Source: Neoconidiobolus thromboides FSU 785 (Eukaryota > Fungi > Entomophthoromycota). Taken from it: a stretch of 64,000 nucleotides of DNA. Of the stretch, positions 50,498-61,002 are shown piece after piece. The DNA lies in assembly GCA_025603075.1 (NCBI GenBank), contig MU626276.1, positions 62,001 through 126,000 on the forward strand. The letters run 5' to 3'. The notes beneath the pieces are model-generated. The model made no database searches. It had not been told where the DNA came from and saw nothing but the letters and a program-made list of their open reading frames with translations. Positions within the stretch are counted from its first letter, which is position 1; each line of letters begins with the position of its first letter. The position numbers were made by a program, and so were the translations under genes.

Positions 50498-51634
50498 TTA
50501 AAAAGCTTTATCATTTAACCAACGATTAAGCATATCAGCTGAATTTTCAGGTTGATCATAAGGAACCTAGAATAAGTTAAAAAATTAATACATCAATATA
50601 TCATTCACAATAATTTAGAAACTAAATATTTTACCATATGTCCAGCCTTAAATACACGTAAGAATGTTAAATTTTCATGACTACGAACTTCACCCGCTTG
50701 TTCACCAGTTTTTGGATTAAACCAAGCACGATCTTCAGCAGAAGAAAATTCTTTATGTCCAGACCATGGGAGTTCAATGGACCATGCTTTATTACCCATC
50801 CAATTACAAATAAAATCAGCGTCACCTGCATAAATCAATACTTTAATACCACCTTCTAAAAGAATAGGTACATCATTAACATATGGTCTCATCCTAAATT
50901 TGATCATTATTAAATTACTCTATATTTAAATAATAACAAATAATAATTTACCAATCACCAGCATACATGAATCCCATATTAACTTGCATATTACAAGATT
51001 CAAATTTATTATTACGAGCACCTAATTCCCTTTTAACATCCGGACGATTGAAATAAGTTTCCATATCACCAATGATATCATAACATAAATTATTACCACC
51101 ACATTTTTTACGAACATCATAAGGATTTAAACCAGTACGTTGATATGGACCAATCATAGCTTGATTACAATACATAGCAGCAGGTGTACAAGTGATAAAG
51201 CTTTGATATTTATAACAACTTTCAATCATACTTTTACAACGTGGATAAGCTGAATCCATTTTACGACATGCTGATTCAGGTAATGTTGGTTTATATGAAT
51301 TTCTACAAGCCATGTCTGAATAATATTTATATTGTATTAATGGATCAGTTAATCCATTACCTACACCGATCGATTTAAGATTAATTTTCTTAGAAGATTT
51401 AACTTTTTGATTATTAACATGAATTAATTTAGCAAATTCTGGTACATAATGTCCTCCATAAGATTCACCAAAGATATGGAAATCAAGTTTACGATATTCT
51501 GGAAATTCTTTGAAGAATAATTGTAAAAAGGCATAAACATCTTTACCAGCAGCAACTGTATTAGTAACTGAAGCAGAGCCATAAGAAAATCCAGCATTTA
51601 ATGGCTTTAATAATATTTTTTAGTTTCAAATTTA

Positions 51635-51665
<31 letters not shown>

Positions 51666-52215
51666 TTACCTGATCAAGGAAGATAACATTAGCATTTTTA
51701 TTCCAACTGTATGGATTGCTATGTGTACCATTACCATTCTTATTAACTTGACAAGGACCTAATTCCATTAAAAGTCCAGTCATAGAACTACAACCTGGAC
51801 CCCCATTAAGCCATAAAATAAGTGGATCTTTAGATGGGTTGCCTCTAGATTCAAAGAACCAAAAAAAGAAATGTTTATCATTGGCAGTATCTAAATAACC
51901 AGAATACTATAAAGTTAAGTTAAAATTATTTATAAAAATAAGTATAAAAAATAATACCTGTTTGACATCATCGCATAATTTTGGTTGTTTCACACGAACT
52001 GCTTGCTCTGGATAATCATCATGCATTAATACTTTACCTTCCCAATCTTTCTTTAAAGAAGTTAAATCAAACTTAAAAATATCATCTAAGATGGTATTCA
52101 TTGTATTTAATTCCTTATCAAAGTCAAATCCTTTAATAAAAGGTGTTTGAGAAGAAGCCAACACTACAGGAGCAATTAAAGTAATTGCTAAAAGACAGGA
52201 TATCTTTTTAAACAT
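50498..52215 (-). CDS. PRC1: Serine carboxypeptidase S10 (carboxypeptidase Y-like), multi-exon
   Basis: Signal and propeptide, [20 protein letters not shown] (Ser), [11 protein letters not shown] (Asp) and AGHMVPYDQP (His). Confidence 0.93.
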
Positions 52216-53538
52216 AATACAAATCGTTATTATTTTTTAAAAAGTTGTTAATTTATAAAAAAGTAATTAGTTAAAATTGGAATTTTTTGACTATTTAAAT
52301 GAGTTCCAAAATCATTTGACTAATGTTTCGCTAATAACAAAGTTGACATAATTTAAGCGTAAAAACTAAGTTTTATTGGAATGTTTTGATTAGTAGCTTT
52401 CAAAATCCCCTGACTTGTTAACGGTTGTTGCTTAGTCTTACATATATTGATTCCCCTAATCTATATGGTTTTAAGCCTTGAATTTAATATGATGACTTGA
52501 AATATTATAAAGCCATTAATTAAAAATAAATTAATATTCTAAATAATATTTTTATATATAATTTGAATGCTATAACATTCAATTGAAATTCAATATGATT
52601 TTAATTAAATAATTTGTTTTAAATAATTATAAAGATTGATAGAAGATGACTTATTATGACAAATACATAATACTTTTTAAATTGACTTTAATATCTTTTT
52701 AAATTGTTTAAAATATTTAAAATTCCAATAAATACAATATGAATTATAAAACTATAGCATTTTAAATTTAAGCTTCTAATTGTAATTATTTAAATAGGAG
52801 TCTTTATTATGATCTATTTTTTATAAAATAGATCATAATAAAGATCAAATTTAATATTAAGTATTTTTCTAAAAGACTTTTTAGTTTTATTTAAAATAAT
52901 ATTTTAGATTATTATTTTTAATAATTTGATAGTTGATTTAGAAGTTTTATTTTCAATTCTATTATAAAAAACTCATTTTTAATATATCATTCATTATCTT
53001 AATAACTATTTTATACTCAATAAAGTGCAAACTTATTTAAAATTACTAGAAATTCTTCTTTTAATATGACGTCATCACCGTTAAATATTAACTTTATTGA
53101 ATCTCAATATAACAATAAAGTTAGATATTATTATAAAATCAATATTTACTTTATATAAAAAATATGTATTAAATATATTTTATTAATATTTAAATTTTGT
53201 ATTATTTATAAATTAATTAATTAGTTAATTTTTATTTATAACATTAAATTTAATGACATTTAAAGATTATTTTCAGTTTAAATAAATAAATACTATTATA
53301 TATATTATTTTTACTTATTAAATGCATTCACTTATTTTACTAGCTATTTAGATTAATTGTATTTATTAATATTAATTTGATTGCAATTATCCGTTTTTTT
53401 AAAACTATAATCAAATCCCATACTTATTACTTTTAATTCATATTTATTTGCAATATTCTCTTTGTTTAAGAATACTATAATAAAGAATTATTTAAATAAT
53501 ATCAATTTATTAATAAAAATAAATATACTAATTTAATA

Positions 53539-54499
53539 TTAATGTAAAGTAAATTCATTAAACTATAAAAGAATATTATAAATTAATAAAACAAAATATA
53601 TATCAATTAAATAAAATCAACTTACTTTAGGAAATTTTTCAAAAGCTAACCAATCAGAAGAAGAAGTAGGTAATAGCCCCATTGAAGAACATTTCCATAA
53701 ACCCATGACCATAATTAATATATTTAATAACATAAATACCATCTTTTGTAGAGTTAAGTCTACTTTTAAATCTCCATCTTTTTCTAATTTTTCAAATACT
53801 ATTTATTATAAATTAAAATCAATATTATTAATTAGTTGTTATTAAGGAAGATGAATTCAATTTACCTTTATCAACGTTTAATAATGATTTTACTGGTTGA
53901 AAAAATAACATAGCTGTTATCATTATTGAAAATATAGATACAGAGTTACCACTCATATATAACATAACTCCATTCATAGGTATACTTTTAGCATTAGCTA
54001 AAGCAATATCCCAAGCTTTCTATATAATAAATAATAAATAAATAATAATAAATAAATAATAATAAATAAATAAATAATAATAAATAAATAATAATAAATA
54101 AATAATAAATAAATAATAAATAAATAATAAATAAATAATAAATAAATAATAAATAATAAAATAAAAACTTACTTTTGATTTCAATTGTTCAAGAGATGGA
54201 TTCTTTTCTGCTTTAACAACTTTAGATTTCTTTCTAAGCTATTGTTATTATTGTTAATTTAGTCAGATTATTGTACTTATTATTGAGTTTACCAAACTTT
54301 CTTTTGGGTTGTAATTAACTTTATCAAATACAGTTGTAAATCCATTAATTGGTTCTATTGTTGCTTCAGTTGGATAACCTAATAAATCCTTTCTTAATAA
54401 TTCTTCTGGTGATAATAGACTCTTGGAGGATACTTCCCTTATTAAAATAGTTAAGTTATTAATTGTGTTAATTACACTGTTAGATAAATTAAATTACAT
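53539..54499 (-). CDS. EMC4: ER membrane protein complex subunit 4 (multi-exon)
   Basis: KAWDIALANAKSIPMNGVMLYMSGNSVSIFSIM and KCSSMGLLPTSSSDWLAF motifs. Absent from the ORF track. Confidence 0.9.
54024..54163. repeat. (AAATAAATAAT)n-like intronic tandem repeat
   Basis: Expands an EMC4 intron (54172-54020) to ~153 nt. Confidence 0.9.
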
Positions 54500-54837
54500 T
54501 TTTAATAAGAATAAACAAAAATTAACAAAACTAAATTAGATATTCAACTTGTTAGTGAATTAGTATCAACCAATAATATTGATTTATAGAAAGATGGCTT
54601 AAGCTTATTTGTTGAATAGATTCCAAAGCCAAGTGATGAAATAGAAAAATATAACATGAAAGAAAAATAAAAAATAAAAAAATAAATTATCTTTCCAAAA
54701 GTTCATTATAATAATCATCCAAAAAATAAGAAATATAATAAAATGGTAATATAAAAATATAATAGTATATTAATTAATTAATAATTTGATAAAAGAATAC
54801 CAACGACAATTCCAACTTATTATCTAATGCAGCTCCT

Positions 54838-55714
54838 ATGGGAAGAGTAGAACAAGATTCCACAGTTATTGAAATAGATAATGAGTTACCAACTTATTCT
54901 TCTTCTCAAGGACAGCAAAGTTTTAATCCAGAACCAAGTTTACCAACACAAGGAAATAATAATAATAATAGAAATAATAATAATATAGGTACTGATAACT
55001 CTGTAACTAGTTTATTGAAACAATCAAGGTAAAATTTAAAATTATTAAAATTTAAAATTTAAAATTAATATAAATTTTATAGTCACCCAACAATATTAAT
55101 AGTTCATTTTTTATTTCGTACATTAGCATTAATATTATATTTATTTGCTAACTTTGTATCTCATTTTTTTGTATTAATATTTGTATTCTCCGTATTATGT
55201 TTAGCTTTTGATTTTTGGGTCGTTAAAAATGTATCTGGTAGATATTTAGTAGGTTTAAGGTGGTGGAATGAAATTGATAGTAATGGCCATTCTATTTGGT
55301 ATTTTGAATCAAAAGATGTAAGTTATTTATTTATTTATTTATTATTATTATTATATTATATTATATTATATTATTATTATATTTATTATTATATTTATTA
55401 TTATATTTTAGATTAATATTGAATCAAATGCTATTGATAGTAAATGTTTTTGGGTATCTCTTTATGCTACTCCTATTATATGGATATTATTAGCATTAGT
55501 TGCATTAATTCGATTTAATTTTGAATGGCTATTAATTGTATTAGTTGCTATTGGTTTATCTGGTACTAATTTAATTGGGTATCATCGATGTGAAAAAGAT
55601 GCTAAACAAAAATGGGGTAATAATAATAATAATTCAACATTAAGTTTATTTGGTTCAAATAATAGCTTTGTTGGTGGATTTATTAATAGGTCTTTATCTA
55701 ATTACCTTGGTTAA
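54838..55714 (+). CDS. TVP23: Golgi membrane protein Tvp23/FAM18 (3 exons)
   Basis: SHPTILIVHFLFR and AFDFWVVKNVSGRYLVGLRWWNEI...WYFESK motifs. Confidence 0.93.
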
Positions 55715-55785
55715 TATTTATAATATATTAAAAACAAAGAAAAGTATTAATTATAAAACTATATTATATTATATTATATTATATT

Positions 55786-55930
55786 GCTTATTACTTATTA
55801 TTACTTATTATTACTTATTATTACTTATTATTACTTATTATTACTTATTATTACTTATTATTATTTATTATTACTTATTATTACTTATTATTTATTAATT
55901 ACTTATTATTTATTAATTACTTATTATTTA
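55786..55930. repeat. (TTACTTATTA)n decamer tandem repeat downstream of TVP23
   Basis: About 10 near-perfect units followed by degenerate units. Confidence 0.9.
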
Positions 55931-56258
55931 TTAATATATTTAATTTTGTATAATTTCATACAATTTATATCTTTATTTTTATAAAATTAAACAATAATTT
56001 AATATGAATTAAATTCTCTTTGTTTTAAAAAGAATCAATGTTAAATTTACAACAAAATTTAATTAAATAAATTTCCTAACCAATTTCAAACATTTTAAAA
56101 ATCCAAACCTAGAAATTAAATCACGAATAAGTCCAATTTTTACGTCATTTTCAAATTAACTACAAATATCTAAATTTTAGTAAGACTTTTTTGAAATTCT
56201 CTTTTTCTTTCTTTTTCTTTACTTTTCTTTTATAAACAAATATAAAATAACAATAATA

Positions 56259-57054
56259 ATGAGTGATACCGAACTCAATTTAACTTTCAAATTACTATTA
56301 ATTGGTAATTCTGGTGTTGGGAAATCATCTATATTATTAAGATTTATTGATGATTATTTTCTACCTTCAGATGAGATAAGTGCCACAATCGGAGTTGATT
56401 TTAAAGTTAAAGACTTAAATTTAGATGACAAACAATATAAATTAACTATTTGGGTATGTTATTTTAAGTATAATTATTTAAATAAGTTTATTAAATTATA
56501 TTAAGGATACTGCAGGTCAAGAAAGATTCCGTACCTTAACTTCATCCTATTATCGTGGGGCACAAGGAGTTATTTTAGGTAATTTAAACCATTAAACTAA
56601 TATTTTCATTAAAAATACTAATTTTGTTTTAGTATATGATGTAACTAAAAAAGAAACATTTGATAATTTAGAACAATGGTTTATTGAATTAGAAACTTAT
56701 TGTAAAAATAAAGAAGTTGTTAAAATGATTATCGGTAATAAAGTAGATAAAGAAAGCAATCGAGCTATTTCTTTAGAACAAGGAGAAGAATATGCAAAAA
56801 GTAAAAATAGTTTGTTTATTGAATGTAGTGCTAAAACAAAATTGGGTGTTCAACAAGCAGTCGAAGAATTGGTTCGTAAAGTATGTTATTTTAATATTTT
56901 TGTTATTATTAAAAGAATATTTATTAATATTTTATTTTTATTTTTTTAGATAATTGATACACCTAGTTTATATCAAAAGAAAAAAGAAAATAATTTAAAG
57001 TTAAATCAGAATAATAATGAATCAATTGAAACTAATAATTCTTGTGGTTGTTGA
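56259..57054 (+). CDS. RAB18: Rab18 GTPase (4 exons)
   Basis: [58 protein letters not shown] and C-terminal CGC. Confidence 0.85.
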
Positions 57055-57338
57055 ATTGTAATTTTTTTTATATAAGTTGAAAACTTTTTATCAAAGTTTT
57101 TAATTATTTCGAAACTATAATTTCCTTATTCTTTGTTTTTTATTAAATTATATTATTATTATTCATTAAACAGATTAAAGTTTTATTATTTAATTTATTA
57201 TATTTTATTATAATATTTTAATTTATAATATATTATTTATTAAAAAGAATTAAAATTAAAATTAAAATATTAATAGTGTTTAAATAAGTAATGATTTATT
57301 TTAATGATTTGATTTTTAACCTATTTTTTTAAATAATA

Positions 57339-59058
57339 TTAAGGCCCAGATTTAACTACATCTTGTTTTGAATTTAAATTATCTAAAGCAATACGATTTA
57401 AAGCATTAATATAAGCCTTAGCACTAGCTAAAAGTACATCTGGATCAGTTCCTTGTCCACGATAAATTCTTTTATAATCTCCATTAATATTAGATTTCTC
57501 TTCATTATCTTCACTTTCTTCTTTTCCTTTACAAAGTTTAACTGTAACAGCACCTAAAGCATCACTACCTCCAGTAACACCTTTAACATCATAACCCACT
57601 AAATAATGTTCAATATCTGAAAGACGATGAATGGCCTTAAAAATAGCTTCAACTGCGCCAGGTGCTGTACCTGCATCTTCAAATACTTTATAAGTTTGTT
57701 GATCATCAATTAAACGTTGTAAACGAATGGTTGCAGTAGCTGTTGAACCACAAGTAGTAAAACATTGTACATAATCTAAACGATAATGTTCAATATCTAA
57801 TTGATTAAATTGATCATCAACAATAGCAATTAAATCCTGATCTGTTACTTTACGTTTAGAATCAGCTAAAGATTTAAAGCGATCAAAAGCAGTTTGAAAT
57901 TGTTGTTCTGTTAAATTTTTAAATCCAAGGGTATTGAGATGGGAACGTAAAGCGTTACGTCCAGAATGTTTACCAAGTACTAAAGAATTGGATGGTACAC
58001 CTACTATTTCTGGTGCTATAATTTCATATGTTTGTTGATGTTTTAATACACCATCTTGATGGATACCTGATTCATGAGCAAAGGCATTAGCACCAACAAT
58101 AGCTTTATTAGCTTGTACAGTCATACCAGTTAAATTACTAACCATTTTTGAAATACGATAAATTAATTTAGTGTCAATATGTTGAATCGATACTGGAAAT
58201 ACCGTTGGGTGAGTATAAATTGCCATACAAACTTCTTCAAAAGAAGTATTTCCTGCTCTTTCTCCAATACCATTAATTGTTACTTCAACTTGACGAGCAC
58301 CATTAGCTATACCAGCTAAAGTATTAGCTGTAGCTAAACCTAAATCATTATGGCAATGAGTGGACCAAATTACATTATTTGAACCCGGTGTATTTTTTAT
58401 TAAATAATTAATAATTTCTCCATATTCTTCAGGTGTATTATAACCCACTGTATCAGGTATATTTAAAGTAGTTGCACCAGCTTTAATTACTTCACTTAAT
58501 ACTTGACATAAAAAATCTTTATCGCTACGACCTGAATCTTCTGGTGAAAATTCTACTTCTTCACATAAAGAACGAGCATGTTTAACTGCTGCTACTGCTC
58601 TCTTAATACATTCTTCTCTATTTATTTTTAATTTATATTTTAAATGAATATCTGATGTAGCTAAAAAGGTATGAATCCTTTTACGTGGAGCTTCTTTGAT
58701 AGCTTCATAACAACGATCAATATCTGATATAACTGCTCTTGATAATCCACAGATTACCATAGGTATACCATCTTTTCTACCTTCTGTCAAAGGGCCAACT
58801 TGGGTAGCTATTGCTTTTACAGCTTGAAAATCACCTTCACTAGCTACTGGAAAACCAGCTTCAAGTACATCAATTCCAAGTTCAGATAAGTTTTTGGCTA
58901 TTTCTAATTTTTCTTGAACACTTAAAGTTACACCTGGGGACTATTTTATGGTTAATATTTGTAATTTTATTTGATAGAGAGTTATTTACCTGTTCCCCAT
59001 CTCTCAAAGTAGTATCGAAGAAAATCAATCTATCTTTTGTAGTTTCAACGTTTACCAT
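57339..59058 (-). CDS. leuA: 2-isopropylmalate synthase, bacterial/plant (LeuA type 1) form (2 exons)
   Basis: FFDTTLRDGEQ|SPG, EAGFP, HCHNDLGLATAN, NGIGERAGN, HESGIHQDG and LGKHSGR motifs plus C-terminal regulatory domain. Confidence 0.92.
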
Positions 59059-59074
59059 GGTTATATAACAATAC

Positions 59075-59110
<36 letters not shown>

Positions 59111-59163
59111 AATTAAAGATTCTGATTATCTTTTTATATTAATTAAACATTGTTTATGCTTTG

Positions 59164-59172
59164 ATGACTCAT
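59164..59172. promoter_or_regulatory. Perfect Gcn4/CpcA site ATGACTCAT upstream of leuA
   Basis: Exact 9-mer ~106 nt upstream of the leuA ATG; a second site ATGAGTCAA at 59370-59378. Confidence 0.6.
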
Positions 59173-59521
59173 TTTCGGTAACAAATAAATGAAACAAAAA
59201 GTTTGAGAAGTTAATTTTTTAAAAGCGTGACTATTAAATCTTCTTGAATGTTGATAAAGATTTGATAAATTTTGATAAGATTTAAAAATTATAAGTCATA
59301 TTTCCTTTTTTGGAAAAAAGGAATTTTTTCTTTTTATTATCCTATTATTGTCATCGTCATTTATAAATTATGAGTCAATAAGATTGAAAATTGTTAAAGG
59401 ATACAGTTGATTATTTGACATTTGCACTTAAAAATAGTATTATTAAAGGCTATAAAACATAATAAAAAAGTATAAAATGGTAAAGTATATTTGTTTGAAA
59501 GATTTATACACTTTGTTAAAT

Positions 59522-59624
59522 ATATCTGGATGTATTTTTCTATTTAAGAGTTTTATTATCAATTTTTTCATTCAAATAACGCTTAAGAAATAAAAAAAGT
59601 AATAAAATCAAAACACTCCCATAT
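59522..59624 (+). mobile_element. MITE-like element, copy 10
   Basis: GGATGTATTTTTCTATTTAAGAGTTTTATTA...AAAACACTCCCATAT. Confidence 0.7.
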
Positions 59625-59794
59625 GCTTATCATATCTATATTTTATATCTATAACTTATATTCTTAAGTTGATATATAGATTAGATGTATGATAAATAAT
59701 AACAAATTATAATGATATAATACTTTATATCATTATCAATTCAGGTTTAGTATGTTTATTGATATTTAAATGTATTTTATTATTTTATTGTCAT

Positions 59795-59900
59795 ATATGA
59801 GGATGCATTTTTGTATTTAAGAATTTTACTGACAATTTTTCTAAAATAGCACTTAAAAAATAGAAAAAGTATAATGAAGTCAAAAAAAACACCCCTATGT
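59795..59900 (+). mobile_element. MITE-like element, copy 11
   Basis: ATATGAGGATGCATTTTTGTATTTAAGAATTTTACTGAC...GAAGTCAAAAAAAAACACCCCTATGT. Confidence 0.8.
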
Positions 59901-60138
59901 ATCGTATCCACAGTAATATAATAAGAGAATAAATTAAAATAAAATAAGAGTATAAATAAATACTTGTTTTAAGTAAGTGTTATAGCATTTCTTTTTTTAA
60001 TAACATTTTGCTTAATTTATTTTATAAAAAAAACCAGGCTAAAAAATCTATATTTATATTATAATAATTTAGATATTTAAATATCTTTTTATAATATCAA
60101 ACATTTATATTAATTTTATTTAAAAATTATTATTAAAA

Positions 60139-60245
60139 ATACGGGGATGTTTTTTTTGACTTCATTATTTTTTCCATCTTTTAAGCACTGTTTGAGTGGA
60201 AAAATTGTTAGTAAAATTCTTAAATACAAAAATACATCCCCATAT
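60139..60245 (-). mobile_element. MITE-like element, copy 12
   Basis: ATACGGGGATGTTTTTTTTGACTTCATT...TTCTTAAATACAAAAATACATCCCCATAT. Confidence 0.8.
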
Positions 60246-60759
60246 ATCTGTTAATATTTTAACATTTGACTAATTGTATATATCAATATTTTTATAATAT
60301 CATTGTTTTAATTATAAAAGTGTTGTTAAAAGTTTATTTAATAAATCATTTGTTTTTATTACTATATAAAAAACAATAAATAAAACAAAAAAGATCTTTT
60401 TATATTATTTCTAATAACCTAATTGCTTAAATTTGGCTTCTTTAGATAAATTTTAATTTAAAAAATTTAAAAAATTTAAAAATAGGAATAAAATATGGCT
60501 GTTATTAATAAACTCTATCTAAACAGTAAAAAAACTAATAAATAAAAACAATGGACTAAAAGATAATATTAAACTTATTAGCCAAAATATTTAATTAGTA
60601 TACCCACATTTTATTTAGGATAATTTGCTTATAAGCAAACAAATTAAGACTCATATTATGTCATAGCTTCCCCCAAACTCCCATGAAAACTCAATTCCTT
60701 GGAAAGAAATTCCGAAATCGAATTAAAAATAAGATTGAGTGGCTATGATTTAAAATAAA

Positions 60760-60881
60760 CCAATAAATTTCGATTAACAAAGTTCACAATTTTGCAGAAC
60801 TTAACAAATCCAAACCAATAAAAGAGTGACTTTATTTTTAAGCAAAAACAAGAATAAAAAAAGGTATGGAATTAAGCCAAT
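60760..60881 (+). promoter_or_regulatory. Three CCAAT boxes upstream of KGD1 (HAP complex candidates)
   Basis: CCAAT at 60760, 60815 and 60877; yeast KGD1 is a known Hap2/3/4/5 target. Confidence 0.35.
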
Positions 60882-61002
60882 AATATAAAGTATTAGTTAA
60901 TCAGATAATTTAGTATTTAACGTGTAATAGGGTAATTTTTAAAAATTTATATTTAATGGATAATACCTTTAACCAAAACATCTTAGATTTTAATCAACTA
61001 TA

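Noticed and set aside
55650-55984. ORFs with LLLIITYYY repeats
   Set aside because: Translations of the TTACTTATTA tandem array.
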